A stretch of 64,000 bases of DNA from an uncultured Armatimonadetes bacterium (GTDB lineage: Bacteria > Armatimonadota > UBA5829 > DTJY01), in assembly GCA_963717145.1 (NCBI GenBank), contig OY970325.1, forward strand, positions 2,176,001-2,240,000, given 5' to 3'. Below, piece after piece: positions 47,835 through 58,386 of this stretch (the first letter of the stretch is position 1; each line of letters begins with the position of its first letter). Both the position numbers and the translations under genes were made by a program. A model generated the notes under the pieces. That model searched no databases. It was not told the origin of the DNA and worked only from the letters and a program-made list of their open reading frames with translations.

Positions 47835-49532
47835 CTCCTTGCTTATGCGTGCAAGAAAGTCGTCCACCGGCATCGGACCAAGGTCACCCTCTTCTCGCTG
47901 TCTCACCGACACGGCAAGCGATTCCGCCTCCCTGTCGCCGATCACGAGCATGTACGGAACCTTCTGCATCTGGGCCTCACGGATCTTGAAACCCGTCTTT
48001 TCGTTCCGCGCGTCTACCGTCGCCCTGACGCCGATCGCCCCGAGCCTCGAAACGATGCCCTGCGCGTATTCGTGATGCCGGTCCGCAATAGGAAGGATCA
48101 CCACCTGCATCGGCGCGAGCCACAACGGGAATGCGCCTGCGTACTCCTCGATGATGATACCCATGAACCGCTCGATCGAGCCGAGCGCCGCGCGGTGGAT
48201 CATCACGGGCCGATGAGCCTTCCCGTCGTCGCCGATGTACTCGCACTCGAACCGCTCGGGCATCGAGAAGTCGAGCTGGATCGTGCCGAGCTGCCACGAG
48301 CGCTTCATCGAGTCGGTCACGTGGAAGTCGATCTTCGGTCCGTAGAACGCGCCGTCGCCGGGGTTGATCGCATACTCGATCCCCATCGACTTGAGCGCCT
48401 CGTGGAGCGACTTCTCAGCGGTCTCCCACATCTCGTCCGTGCCGATCGACTTTTCGGGCCGGGTGCTCAGCTCGATGCGGTATTCCGTGAACCCGAACTT
48501 GGCATAGATCGTCTGAATCAGGTCGATGACATTGATGATCTCGTCCTGGATCTGGTCCGGCGTGCAGAAGACGTGCGCATCGTCCTGGGTGAACGCGCGG
48601 ACCCGGAACAGCCCGTGCAGGACGCCCGACTTTTCGTGCCGGTGGACGTGCCCCAGTTCGGCGAATTTCATCGGCAAGTCGCGGTACGAGCGCAGGTCGT
48701 CCTTGTAGATCAGGATCACGCCCGGGCAGTTCATCGGCTTGACGGCGTAGACCTGCTCGTCGATATCGACGAAATACATGTTCTCGCGGTACGTATCCCA
48801 GTGGCCGCTCTGATGCCAGAGCGCCTCGCTGAGGATCATCGGCGTGCGGACCTCCGAGTACCCGCGCTCGCGGTGCATCCGTCGCCAGTAGTCGAGCAGT
48901 TCGTTGAGGACGACCATGCCCTTGGGATGCCAGAACGGGAAGCCGGGGCCTTCCTCCTGGAAGCTGAAGAGATCGAGGTCGCGCCCGATCTTCCGGTGAT
49001 CGCGCTTCCGAGCCTCTTCGAGCTGGGCGAGATGCACCTCGAGTTCGTCCCTGGTGGGGAACGCCGTGCCGTAGATGCGTTGGAGCATCGGGTTCTTCTC
49101 GCTGCCCCGCCAGTATGCGCCCGCAATGCTCAGCAGCTTGAACGCCTTGACCTTGCTGGTATAGTTGACGTGCGGTCCACGGCAGAGGTCGACGAAATCG
49201 CCCTCCTGATAGACGGTGATGGTCTCGTCCTCGATCTCGCGGATCAGCTCGAGCTTATACGGCTGATCGGCGAAGATCTGCTCGGCCTCTTCCCTGGTGA
49301 CCTCCTTGCGGACAAGCGGAAGGTTCGCCTTGACGATCTCCTTCATCCGCGCCTCGATCTTCTCCAGGTCCTCGGGCGCGAACCCGACGGGCAGATCGAA
49401 GTCGTAGTAGAACCCATCCTCGATCGCCGGACCGATTCCGAGCTTGACCCCCGGATAGAGGTCGGTCACCGCCTGCGCCATCACGTGCGAGGCGCTGTGT
49501 CTGAGCGTCATGATATCGGCATCTTCCACCAC
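47823..49532 (-). CDS. thrS: Threonine-tRNA ligase (no N-terminal TGS domain)
   Basis: LRHSASHVMA, DLCRGPH, KPMNCPG, GAFYGPKID. SD aaggag 6 nt before GTG. Confidence 0.97.
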   Translation of the reverse strand: MVEDADIMTLRHSASHVMAQAVTDLYPGVKLGIGPAIEDGFYYDFDLPVGFAPEDLEKIEARMKEIVKANLPLVRKEVTREEAEQIFADQPYKLELIREIEDETITVYQEGDFVDLCRGPHVNYTSKVKAFKLLSIAGAYWRGSEKNPMLQRIYGTAFPTRDELEVHLAQLEEARKRDHRKIGRDLDLFSFQEEGPGFPFWHPKGMVVLNELLDYWRRMHRERGYSEVRTPMILSEALWHQSGHWDTYRENMYFVDIDEQVYAVKPMNCPGVILIYKDDLRSYRDLPMKFAELGHVHRHEKSGVLHGLFRVRAFTQDDAHVFCTPDQIQDEIINVIDLIQTIYAKFGFTEYRIELSTRPEKSIGTDEMWETAEKSLHEALKSMGIEYAINPGDGAFYGPKIDFHVTDSMKRSWQLGTIQLDFSMPERFECEYIGDDGKAHRPVMIHRAALGSIERFMGIIIEEYAGAFPLWLAPMQVVILPIADRHHEYAQGIVSRLGAIGVRATVDARNEKTGFKIREAQMQKVPYMLVIGDREAESLAVSVRQREEGDLGPMPVDDFLARISKELTD

Positions 49533-49601
49533 GGTCGTCTCCTTCGTTGCTTCGTGAACCAACGCCCCATCATACAGGATTTGTGCACGCTTTGGCAAAC
49601 C

Positions 49602-49630
49602 TTGGAGTGCGGCGGCTCGACGCCGCTTTG
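49602..49630. repeat. REP-like unit ttggagtgcggcggctcgacgccgctttg
   Basis: Short GC-rich palindrome in the thrS/lysC divergent region. Single copy in this window. Confidence 0.45.
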
Positions 49631-49862
49631 ACGCGGGCGGCTCGACACCCTCCCAAGGCCACGGCCTGGCAAAGCGATGTCGAGCCATCGCCTTCCGAAG
49701 CCACGCGCGAAGCGATTCGTCCCACGCAGGCAATCCAATCTGGACAACAGACGGCCGATTCTGATATAGTAGTGCAGTTTCCAGGATCGGCCGGACTCGG
49801 CTGGTCTCGCAACAGGGATTCACACATCCCGCACGAGCGATGCAGAAAGGGTTGTTGGAATA

Positions 49863-51089
49863 GTGATCACTGTTCAGAAATATGGTGGCAGCTCGGTGGC
49901 GACCACCGAGAAGATATGCAATGTGGCGAAGCGGATCAAGAAGGCGGCGGACAGCAGCCAGGTCGTGGTCGTCATCTCCGCGATGGGCGACGCTACGGAC
50001 GAGTTGATCGCGATGGCGAAGGCCATAAGCAAGATCCCCGACGAACGCGAGATGGACAAGCTGCTTGCGACCGGCGAGCAGGCCAGCAGCGCGCTCCTGA
50101 CCATGGCGATCCACGAACTCGGCGTCTCTGCCGTATCGTTGACAGGCGGGCAGGCGGGGATTATCACCGAGAACACGCCCGGCAAGGCCAGAATCCTGCA
50201 GGTCAACCCCGAGAGGATCCAGCAGGAGTTGAGCGACGGCAAGATCGTTGTCGTGGCGGGCTTCCAGGGAATCACGGACGATCCGAGCTGGTCGGACATC
50301 ACGACGCTCGGTCGCGGCGGATCAGATACCACCGCAGTGGCTCTCGCGGCTGCTCTGAAGGCGGACAAGTGCGAGATCTACACCGATGTGGACGGCGTAT
50401 TCACCGCCGATCCGCGAGTGGTGCTCAATGCGCGCAAACTCGATGATATCTCATACGAGGAGATGCTCGAACTCGCAGGACAGGGCGCCAAGGTCATGCA
50501 CTCCAGAGCAGTCGAACTCGGCGAACTCTACGGCGTCAATATCATGGTGGCCCACAGCGTCCGTGAAGTGCCCGGAACGATTATCACAAAGGAGGAGAAT
50601 CTAGTGGAGGCCAAAAACCCCGTTCGTGGCATCGCTCATGACACGGATGTTGCGAAGATAACCGTTGTGGGGGTGCCGGACCGACCCGGTATCTCTTATC
50701 AGATTTTCCATGCCCTGGCGGAAGCCAATATCAACGTCGACATCATCGTCCAGAATGTGAGCATCCTTGGAGTCACCGATCTGTCATTCACCGTCAACCT
50801 GGCCGATCTGGTCAAGGCGGAGAAGGTCCTCGAACCGGTCATGCGCAACATCGGCGCGAAGGACATGACGACATCGGTCGATCTGGCGAAGGTGTCGATC
50901 GTCGGGACAGGGATACGCAGTCATCCGGGCTATGCGGACAAGATGTTCGGAGCGATGGCTCGCGAGGGGATCAACATCGTGTCGATCACAACGAGCGAAA
51001 TTCGTATCACATGCCTGATCGACAAGGCCGACGTCCAGAAGGCGGTTCAGGCGCTCCACTCGGCATTCGAACTCGAAAAGCCGGAATAG
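49863..51089 (+). CDS. lysC: Aspartate kinase
   Basis: [20 protein letters not shown], two ACT domains. Confidence 0.96.
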   Translation: MITVQKYGGSSVATTEKICNVAKRIKKAADSSQVVVVISAMGDATDELIAMAKAISKIPDEREMDKLLATGEQASSALLTMAIHELGVSAVSLTGGQAGIITENTPGKARILQVNPERIQQELSDGKIVVVAGFQGITDDPSWSDITTLGRGGSDTTAVALAAALKADKCEIYTDVDGVFTADPRVVLNARKLDDISYEEMLELAGQGAKVMHSRAVELGELYGVNIMVAHSVREVPGTIITKEENLVEAKNPVRGIAHDTDVAKITVVGVPDRPGISYQIFHALAEANINVDIIVQNVSILGVTDLSFTVNLADLVKAEKVLEPVMRNIGAKDMTTSVDLAKVSIVGTGIRSHPGYADKMFGAMAREGINIVSITTSEIRITCLIDKADVQKAVQALHSAFELEKPE

Positions 51090-51098
51090 GCCGTGGGG

Positions 51099-51175
51099 AA
51101 TGGTTGATGGTTGATGGTTCATGGTCAATGGGGATTCGTCCGCCATCGACCATCAGCCATTAACCATCAACCATT
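51099..51175. repeat. Inverted short tandem heptamer repeats
   Basis: tggttgatggttgatggttcatggtcaatgg ... ccatcgaccatcagccattaaccatcaaccat. Confidence 0.8.
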
Positions 51176-51201
51176 CCCCCGGGCGTGCCCACCCTGCCCT
51201 G

Positions 51202-51447
51202 TTACGAGCAGGAGCCAAGCTCGTACTTCTCGACAAACTCATCGTTGTTCAGCGAGTAGAGGTCTTTCTGCATCTGCTCTTCGATCATCTGCATGGAGCT
51301 GATGTCGGCGCTGCTCGCCTTGATGAAAGTCCGACCGGATTCCTTCTTGTTCCTGAGGACGACCACGCAGAACGGAGACATCATGCTCCCTCCGATCCGG
51401 CGATCGACCTCCCAGTAAGTGGACGCGGATTCGTCAACAAACGGCAC
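51202..51447 (-). CDS. Small hypothetical protein
   Basis: 81-aa ORF co-oriented with the serine hydrolase, GC-biased codons. Confidence 0.45.
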   Translation of the reverse strand: MPFVDESASTYWEVDRRIGGSMMSPFCVVVLRNKKESGRTFIKASSADISSMQMIEEQMQKDLYSLNNDEFVEKYELGSCS

Positions 51448-51492
51448 TGTTTCGCACCCCGCTTTCGAGTCCGACCTTCCACTCCCCGATAC

Positions 51493-52272
51493 TCAGGCCC
51501 GCGTGAAGTGATCGTACAACGCTCGGGAGACCTCTGCAATCGCACGCGCGGCCCGAGGCGCCTCGTCCACATCGCCCGCCAGCGCACACAAGACATACGG
51601 ACCATCCGGCGTGTAGACAACCCCTACATCGTGAGTCACACCCGTGATCGAACCCGTCTTGTTTGCCACTCTGGTGTCTTCGGGGAGAAGAAGCGGAATT
51701 TTGTCCCTGCACTGTTGTCTTGCCATGATCCCGATGATCTCCTCACTGGTAGATTTGCTCGAAATCCGGCCTTCCGCTATCCACCTGAGCAGGAGCATCA
51801 TCTCATGGGCGCTGATCAGGTTCTCATTTCCGAGCTTCTGCTGCTCCCAGTCGTACATCTTGCGCGCGAGTGTGATTGAGGTCAGCCCGAGCCCACGCAT
51901 GCGCTCGTTGACGGCATCCATCCCGATCCGGTCGATGATCATATTGGTCGCTGTGTTGTCGCTGACGGTGATCATCAGAACGGCGAGGTCGCGGAGGGTC
52001 AACTGCATGCCGTCATGGAGATCCATGAGTACCCCCGAGCCGGGTACCTTCTCGGACTCGCGAAGGGTAAACACCTCGTCCAGCGACAAACGCCCTTCAT
52101 CTCGCTGACACATGATCTCCACGAGAATCGGAACCTTGATGACGCTCGCGGAAGGAAAGACCTCATGCTCGTTGATGAGAACGGTATCCGCGCGGGAGAG
52201 ATGGCATGCGGCAATGCCAAATCTGCCAGGCGCGCTGACGAGGATCGCCTCCACTGTATCTCTAAGTGACAT
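51493..52272 (-). CDS. Class A beta-lactamase-like serine hydrolase
   Basis: SxxK (ASVIK), SDN and KTG motifs. No signal peptide. Confidence 0.9.
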   Translation of the reverse strand: MSLRDTVEAILVSAPGRFGIAACHLSRADTVLINEHEVFPSASVIKVPILVEIMCQRDEGRLSLDEVFTLRESEKVPGSGVLMDLHDGMQLTLRDLAVLMITVSDNTATNMIIDRIGMDAVNERMRGLGLTSITLARKMYDWEQQKLGNENLISAHEMMLLLRWIAEGRISSKSTSEEIIGIMARQQCRDKIPLLLPEDTRVANKTGSITGVTHDVGVVYTPDGPYVLCALAGDVDEAPRAARAIAEVSRALYDHFTRA

Positions 52273-52511
52273 GGATCAACCCCGATTGCTTCTATGGAAT
52301 GAATGCCGGCAATGGCTGGTGATATTGCCGTCTGCTGCCATAATTCTAGGTAAGCAGCGTCTGTTTGTCAATGACGCAGGGTATAATGGACAAAATGACG
52401 AAAAACAATCGAGGTGGGCTGCGCATCGGCAGGGGAGCGGAAGGGGTTCTCGCCCGCATACCGGGTGACGAACTCGCCAAAGCCTTGTACTGGTTGCGGC
52501 ACAATCTGAAT

Positions 52512-53315
52512 ATGAGCACAATTAAGCAGGTAATCAAGGGGCTTGTGATCGGCGGCGCGTGCGGCATGGGACTCTGTGCCCTCGCCACGAAGGCCAAGTT
52601 GTCGGATCGCATCTCGAGCCTCGCACAGAACGTCGAGGGGGTTCCATTTCCCGGCACGCGTCTGTACGCATTCCTCGCATCACGGCAGCTTCGCTCGCTG
52701 TACCGCGAGATTGCGGACGAGATAGCAGATTCCGGTATTGAGGGCAGAATCCTCGATCTGGGAACGGACCTGGGTTACGTCCCCATCGAGCTGGCGAAGA
52801 AGAAACCCTCGCTGACGGTCATGGGGGTCGATACATCCGGCGACATGGTGCAGATCGCAGAGGCCAACGCTCGCTCGGAAGGAGTCAACGGCAAGCCGGA
52901 CTTCAGCGTCGGCGATCCGACAAACCTCCCGTTCCCGGGCCGGTACTTCGATCTTGTGGTAAGCGTGAACCTCCTGCACCAATGGACGGAACCCCAGGCG
53001 GTGTTCACGGAAGTGAACTACATCCTGAACCCTGGTGGCGAGTTCTGGATCTATGGCTACAAGAAAGACATCCCCAGGGAGTTGTGGTCAGAGCTTGCCC
53101 AGGATTTACCGCCGCACCAGCGCGTGCTGTTCCAAGTGGGACCGGCTGTTTCCTCCAAGGCCGCGCTCAGCGAGGATGAGATCGTACGGCTCGCGGAAGA
53201 GGCGCACTTCGAGGTGGTATCCGTTGAGGATAAGTGCCTTACCATGTTCCACGAGTGCATGCCTGTGTTCGTGAAGATCCGTCTCAGGAAACCCGATCTG
53301 GTCCGTGGGCAGTAG
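52512..53315 (+). CDS. Class I SAM-dependent methyltransferase
   Basis: RILDLGTDLG (atypical motif I), LPFPGRYFDLVVS, LNPGG. Confidence 0.8.
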   Translation: MSTIKQVIKGLVIGGACGMGLCALATKAKLSDRISSLAQNVEGVPFPGTRLYAFLASRQLRSLYREIADEIADSGIEGRILDLGTDLGYVPIELAKKKPSLTVMGVDTSGDMVQIAEANARSEGVNGKPDFSVGDPTNLPFPGRYFDLVVSVNLLHQWTEPQAVFTEVNYILNPGGEFWIYGYKKDIPRELWSELAQDLPPHQRVLFQVGPAVSSKAALSEDEIVRLAEEAHFEVVSVEDKCLTMFHECMPVFVKIRLRKPDLVRGQ

Positions 53316-53317
53316 CT

Positions 53318-54085
53318 CTACAACTGGCCCATTATCCTGTGGCACTGAGGGATCACCCGGACGTCGTCCACATGCTCGGCACAGATCGACTGCCAGGCGA
53401 GTACCTGATCGGGCGAAGGTGGGCGCACCCCTCCGCGCTCCGTTACCGGTTGCAGCACCACCGAAATCCGGCGGTCGATCTCGCCCACGATCCGCGACGC
53501 GGCCTCTATCTCGTCAGCCCGCGTCGCAGAGCACACCACCATCTTCACGTATAGTCGCTTCCCGGAGGCATTCGCCATGAACTCCCGGTGCCGCTCGATC
53601 AGGTCCTCACCACCGGCGGCAGAGGTAAGCTTCACGTCCATGCTTATGATGTCGATGAGTGGCAGAATCGGGCCGAGGTTCTCAGGAAGCGAGCCATTCG
53701 TCTCGATCATGACCTGCATGCCGGACTCCTTGACCGCGCGAGCGATTTCGACGGCCCAATCGAGGTCGAGCAGCGGCTCTCCGCCGGTCAAGACGACGGA
53801 ATGATGCAGCCCCCGCTGCGAGTTCAACCCACTCACGCATTCGATGACGCGGTCGAGGCTGACCGGATTCGGGACCTGTGCAAAATCGCGCCGGCCCGGC
53901 GTCCGTTCGAGGCAGCAAACAGGCGGGACCGACCGGGAATCCGATGTGTCGCAGTAGTCGCAGTCGAGGTTGCACCCGCACAGGCGGATGAAGATCTGCC
54001 GATACCCGACGCAGATTCCTTCGCCCTGAATGCCGGAGAAGACCTCGGTCAGATCGCCGTGAATGGGCGGGACATCACGCATCAT
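53318..54085 (-). CDS. queE: 7-carboxy-7-deazaguanine synthase (radical SAM)
   Basis: FSGIQGEG, CNLDCDYCD, LTGGEP, IETNG. ATGA overlap with queD. Confidence 0.93.
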   Translation of the reverse strand: MMRDVPPIHGDLTEVFSGIQGEGICVGYRQIFIRLCGCNLDCDYCDTSDSRSVPPVCCLERTPGRRDFAQVPNPVSLDRVIECVSGLNSQRGLHHSVVLTGGEPLLDLDWAVEIARAVKESGMQVMIETNGSLPENLGPILPLIDIISMDVKLTSAAGGEDLIERHREFMANASGKRLYVKMVVCSATRADEIEAASRIVGEIDRRISVVLQPVTERGGVRPPSPDQVLAWQSICAEHVDDVRVIPQCHRIMGQL

Positions 54086-54441
54086 TCCCAGTAGCTCGCG
54101 GCGGATGTCGCGGTCTCCCAGACCGTCGCCTTCCGGATGCCGTCGCCCACGCGCCTGCGCATCTCCTCGAAGACGAACTTGGCGAGGTGCTCGGCGGTCG
54201 GATTCTCCTCGCGGAAATGGGGCAGGTCGTTCAGATACTGATGATCGAGTTGTGAGATAATCTCCCCGAGTTCCCGTTTGAGCCGCTTGAAGTCCACCAG
54301 CATGCCAAGATGATCGAGTTCTGAACCCTGATAGGCGACCATGACGCGGTATGTGTGGCCGTGCAGGTTCTCGCACGCGCCCTCATATCCGCGCAGACAG
54401 TGGGCGGAATCGAAATGTGCTTCGACGGTTAGTTCGTACAT
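54082..54441 (-). CDS. queD: 6-carboxytetrahydropterin synthase
   Basis: FDSAHCL, CENLHGHTY, LDHQYLN, NPTAE, VWET. Confidence 0.95.
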   Translation of the reverse strand: MYELTVEAHFDSAHCLRGYEGACENLHGHTYRVMVAYQGSELDHLGMLVDFKRLKRELGEIISQLDHQYLNDLPHFREENPTAEHLAKFVFEEMRRRVGDGIRKATVWETATSAASYWE

Positions 54442-54498
54442 GTGGACATTATAGCGGGGAATCGGCCTCAGGTTCAAGGCCGCCAATGCGCGCGACGG

Positions 54499-54620
54499 CG
54501 TTGGGGATGGAGTTGGACTCCTTCCCCAACGGCATTCAGAGACGTAGGGAACGTGCCGCCGTGCCGTTCCGTCTTGGCCCGCGCGCAGGATAGCGGAACG
54601 GCACGGCGGCACGTTCCCTA
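54499..54620. repeat. Two adjacent REP elements
   Basis: cgttggggatggagttggactccttccccaacg, then gtagggaacgtgccgccgtgccgttccg...cggaacggcacggcggcacgttccctac. Confidence 0.88.
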
Positions 54621-54626
54621 CTTGGA

Positions 54627-55892
54627 TCATCCCAGGTTCGCGCCCTGGGAGCGAAGGGTGCTCTTGAGGAGCGGGATGTCGAGCGCGCGCGGGGCTGTTC
54701 CCTGCTTGATGGAGAGGGCCGCGGCGGCCCCGGCGGACTGCCCGATCGCAAGGCAGATCGGCATGATCCTGAGCGACGAGTGCGCCTCGTGCGTAGCCGA
54801 GATCGGTCGCCCGGCGATCAGGAGGTTATCGAGCCCGAGCGGCGTCAGGCATCGGTACGGGATGTCGTACGATTCGCCCGGTTTCAGGCGCTTGATGACG
54901 GTTCCTGCGCCGGTCGGGCTGTGGATATCGATCGAGTACGAACCGCGCGCGATGCAGTCGTCGAACTTCCGCGCGCCGAGGACGTCTTCCTCCGTCAGAA
55001 TGTAGTCGCCGATCACGCGCCTGCTCTCCCGGACGCCGATCTGCGGTCCGCTCATGAGGATCTCGGCGTTCTCGAAGCCGGTGACATCCCCGTGCAGGAA
55101 CGCGAGGAACTGCCACATCTGCCTGCGGGCCTCGATCTCGGCCTTGGTCAGGTCCTCGGCGGATGTGCCGTCGGCATAGTTCACGCGCGTCTGGTTGAAG
55201 TGCATCTCGCCCTTGCGGGTCGTGCAGAACATCAGGACGTTCTCGCGCGGGCAGTCGAGTTGTCCCTCGGCCTTGGCGCGGTCGTAGAGCTGATTGAACT
55301 CCTCCCTCGGCGGGATTCGATCCTGATCGACCTGGCCGACCCGGAAGTTGAGGGTCATCGGCTGCGCAAGGCCGTCCGCGTCGCGGCCCTTTTCGCACCT
55401 TGCGCCGGCGAGGAATGCCAGGTCGGCGTCACCGGTGCCATCGATGTAGACCGTCGCCTCGATGCGCGACTTGCCCGACTTGTTGGCAATCTCGACCGAA
55501 GTGATCTCGGCGCCGGAGGTCGACGCGTCGGTGAGCATCGTGTGGAAGAGGAGTCGAACGCCGGCCTCCTGCGCCATCTGATCGCAGACGTACTTGTAAG
55601 CCTCGGGGTCGAATGCGGTGCGGCTGCCCTTGCCGTATGCGCCAAGCGCGGTGAGCCGCTCGGTCATCTCATTCAGGACGCCGCCTATGATCTGCTCGTC
55701 GCCCGCCCAATAGGTCATGAACGGGTTGACGAGGCCCATGGTGGCCATCCCGCCCAGGAATCCGTATTGCTCGATGAGAAGCGTATCCGCACCGTTCCGC
55801 GCGGCGCTGATCGCGGCGGCGAACCCACCAGGGCCTCCTCCCGCGACGAAGACATCGCACTTCCCAGTTTCTGATGTGTTGCTCATGTCCAT
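54627..55892 (-). CDS. FAD-dependent oxidoreductase
   Basis: VAGGGPGG, LGGMATMGLV, IDGTGDAD, GVRESRR. Confidence 0.88.
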   Translation of the reverse strand: MDMSNTSETGKCDVFVAGGGPGGFAAAISAARNGADTLLIEQYGFLGGMATMGLVNPFMTYWAGDEQIIGGVLNEMTERLTALGAYGKGSRTAFDPEAYKYVCDQMAQEAGVRLLFHTMLTDASTSGAEITSVEIANKSGKSRIEATVYIDGTGDADLAFLAGARCEKGRDADGLAQPMTLNFRVGQVDQDRIPPREEFNQLYDRAKAEGQLDCPRENVLMFCTTRKGEMHFNQTRVNYADGTSAEDLTKAEIEARRQMWQFLAFLHGDVTGFENAEILMSGPQIGVRESRRVIGDYILTEEDVLGARKFDDCIARGSYSIDIHSPTGAGTVIKRLKPGESYDIPYRCLTPLGLDNLLIAGRPISATHEAHSSLRIMPICLAIGQSAGAAAALSIKQGTAPRALDIPLLKSTLRSQGANLG

Positions 55893-56915
55893 TCACCTTT
55901 CCTTGCGCGGTATGATGAGATCAGCGATCAGAGGCCGGTGGTCTGATCCCACCACGTCAAGTACGAAACAGCGCCGCGCGGCTACATCGGCATCCGCGAA
56001 GATGTAATCTATGCGCATGAGAGGATGCCCCGCCGGATATGTGTAGCCCAGTCCGGAGCCTTCCCGCTTGAACACGTCCCGGTACCGCGATACGATCCGA
56101 CCGTAGCACAATCCCCTCGGCGGCGTGTTGAAGTCGCCCACCATCACGGCCTCGCCCACCGCTGTGGATGCCACCTTCTCCAGATCGCGAATCTGATCCA
56201 TCCGAACCTGAGCGGTATGGCGCAGGTATGCCGGCATCTCCCGCAGGCCGCCACTTCCGAGCGACCTGCCCGTGAGAGCAACATTAAGGTGTACGTTGTA
56301 GACAGTCAGCCACTGCCCATCAACATCCACGACCGTTTCGAGAGCGATGCGCCCACTCCCAGGCATGAGGCGATGCACTCTCTCCGTCGCGATTGGATAG
56401 TGCGAGAAGGTCGCCACATCCCCGAACGCCGAGGTATTCCAGCCCGCAAACTCCTTGCGCAGTGCCGGGAGGACGGAAGTATTCCAGTGGCCGTCATTCG
56501 CCTCCTGGAAGCATACAATGTCAGGATGCTCTCTCCTCACTGCCGCTATCACGTTGTCCACACCGCCGAACGCGCTGTGGACGTTCCAGGTCATCAGCCG
56601 TACATTTGCAGCATTGTCGGAGAGAATCGGCCGGTTGCCAAACGGGATCGCTGGTCCGAGCAGAGCGAAGTAGAAGATGCACAGTGCCGGCACGACCAAT
56701 CCAACAGGCAACCATGCCCGACGAATGAGCGCCCAGATGAGCAGCAGGGCCGAGGGTACACCGACCCACTGCTGCGGGGAATACGTGATCAGCGTCGTCA
56801 ACCAGTGCCGCTCGGCGATGAACGTCTCCAGCAGCCACACAACTGCCAGGAACGCGAGGTTGGCGACTGCCAGTACAACGAGACGACGGCCTTGTCTTCC
56901 CACTTGTCCTTCCAA
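55893..56915 (-). CDS. Membrane-anchored endonuclease/exonuclease/phosphatase family protein
   Basis: MTWNV, CFQE, GDFN, RIDYIF, SDHRP. Confidence 0.9.
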   Translation of the reverse strand: MEGQVGRQGRRLVVLAVANLAFLAVVWLLETFIAERHWLTTLITYSPQQWVGVPSALLLIWALIRRAWLPVGLVVPALCIFYFALLGPAIPFGNRPILSDNAANVRLMTWNVHSAFGGVDNVIAAVRREHPDIVCFQEANDGHWNTSVLPALRKEFAGWNTSAFGDVATFSHYPIATERVHRLMPGSGRIALETVVDVDGQWLTVYNVHLNVALTGRSLGSGGLREMPAYLRHTAQVRMDQIRDLEKVASTAVGEAVMVGDFNTPPRGLCYGRIVSRYRDVFKREGSGLGYTYPAGHPLMRIDYIFADADVAARRCFVLDVVGSDHRPLIADLIIPRKER

Positions 56916-56937
56916 GAACTGATGAGTGAGGGCAGCC

Positions 56938-58386
56938 CTACCTCTTCATCGACTCGGCGAGGCGGTCGCGGAGGATTTTGTTCACCGCGCCGGGATTGGC
57001 TCGGCCCTGCGTGTACTTCATCACCTGGCCGACGAGGAAGCCCATCGCCCTCTCGTCACCCGCGGCGATCTTCGCCACGACATCGGCGTTCTCGGCGAGC
57101 ACCTTATCGACGACGGGGTAGATCTCCGCGTCGCTGCTGATCTGAGTGAGTCCCTTCTTCTTGACGACATCGTCGGCCGACGCGCCGGTCTCGAACATCT
57201 CCTCGAAGACGGATTTCGCGATCTTGCCACTGATCGTGCCGTCCGCAATCAACCTGAGCATCGCGGCGAGATCGGCGGGCTTGACCTTCGACTCGCTGAT
57301 GTCGATGCCGGCCGAGTTGAGCGCCTTGGTGAAGTCGCCCGTCATCCAGTTGCTGATCGTCTTCGGCTCGTTGTAAGCCTTGACTGTATCCTCGAAGTAA
57401 TCAGCGAACGCGCGGGTGTTCGTCAGCGCCTCGGCATCGTATTCCGAGAGGCCGTACTGGTCCACGAAGCGGCACTTCTTCTCCTCGGGCAACTCCGGGA
57501 GCGCCTTCCGCTGCGCCTCGACGTACTCCTGAGTGAACTCCATCGGGACGAGGTCCGGCTCAGGGAAGTAGCGGTACTCCTGTTCGAACTCCTTGGTCCT
57601 CATCATCACGGTCACACCGTTGGCATCGTCCCACCGACGGGTTTCATGGATGATCTTTCCGCCGTCCTGGAGCACCTTCGACTGCCGGGCGATCTCGTAG
57701 TCCGAGCCCCGATAGACCGCGCGGAAGGAGTTGAGGTTCTTCAACTCGGTCCGAGTGCCGAGCATGTGCGTCCCCTTCTCGCGGACCGAGATGTTCGGCT
57801 CACACCGAAGGCTCCCCTCCTCCATCTTGCCGTCGTTGACGCCGAGGTAGGTGACGATCGCGCGGAGACGGACGAGGTACTCGCGCGCTTCCTCCGCGGA
57901 GTGGATGTCGGCCTCGCTGACGATCTCCATGAGCGGCACGGTGCTGCGGTTGAAGTCGATCAAGCTCTCGTCACTCCCGGGCGCGTGGATCAGCTTGCCG
58001 GTGTCCTCTTCGAGGTGAACGCGCCGGATGCGGATGCGCCGGGTCTCATCGCCGACGGTGATGTCGATCCAGCCGTTCACTCCGATCGGTGTGTCGCCGT
58101 ACTGAGAAATCTGGTAGTTCTTCGGCAGGTCGGGATAGAAGTAGTTCTTCCGGTGGAAGATGCTGTGCCGGGATACCTCGCAGTTCAGGGCGAGCGCGGT
58201 TCGGACGACGTATTCGACGGCCTTACGGTTCGCGACGGGGAGAGCGCCAGGAAGCCCGAGGCACACAGGGCACGTCCGCGAGTTCGGCGCGCCGCCAAAC
58301 TCCGCGCTGCAGTCGCAGAACATCTTGCTCTCGGTGAGCAGTTCCGCGTGTACTTCCATCCCGATGACGCCTTCGTATTCAGTCAT
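56938..58386 (-). CDS. gatB: Asp/Glu-tRNA amidotransferase subunit B
   Basis: [29 protein letters not shown]. Confidence 0.97.
   Translation of the reverse strand: MTEYEGVIGMEVHAELLTESKMFCDCSAEFGGAPNSRTCPVCLGLPGALPVANRKAVEYVVRTALALNCEVSRHSIFHRKNYFYPDLPKNYQISQYGDTPIGVNGWIDITVGDETRRIRIRRVHLEEDTGKLIHAPGSDESLIDFNRSTVPLMEIVSEADIHSAEEAREYLVRLRAIVTYLGVNDGKMEEGSLRCEPNISVREKGTHMLGTRTELKNLNSFRAVYRGSDYEIARQSKVLQDGGKIIHETRRWDDANGVTVMMRTKEFEQEYRYFPEPDLVPMEFTQEYVEAQRKALPELPEEKKCRFVDQYGLSEYDAEALTNTRAFADYFEDTVKAYNEPKTISNWMTGDFTKALNSAGIDISESKVKPADLAAMLRLIADGTISGKIAKSVFEEMFETGASADDVVKKKGLTQISSDAEIYPVVDKVLAENADVVAKIAAGDERAMGFLVGQVMKYTQGRANPGAVNKILRDRLAESMKR

Noticed and set aside
47784-49631. Long plus-strand ORF (615 aa) and similar antisense ORFs opposite nuoL, gatB, URO-D and others
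   Set aside because: These are shadow frames of genuine high-GC genes and have no recognisable motifs.
49533-50114. N-terminal extension of ThrS in the ORF track (similar extensions on xerD, queE, queD, nuoI, menG)
   Set aside because: The extensions overlap neighbouring genes or repeats. Better starts with SD or stop/start overlap exist downstream.
51493-52272. Antibiotic-resistance beta-lactamase
   Set aside because: No signal peptide. It fits the widespread class A-like serine hydrolases of unknown function.
53318-54441. Deazaguanine DNA-modification (dpd) island
   Set aside because: Only queD and queE are present, with no dpdA-type genes. This is consistent with ordinary queuosine synthesis.
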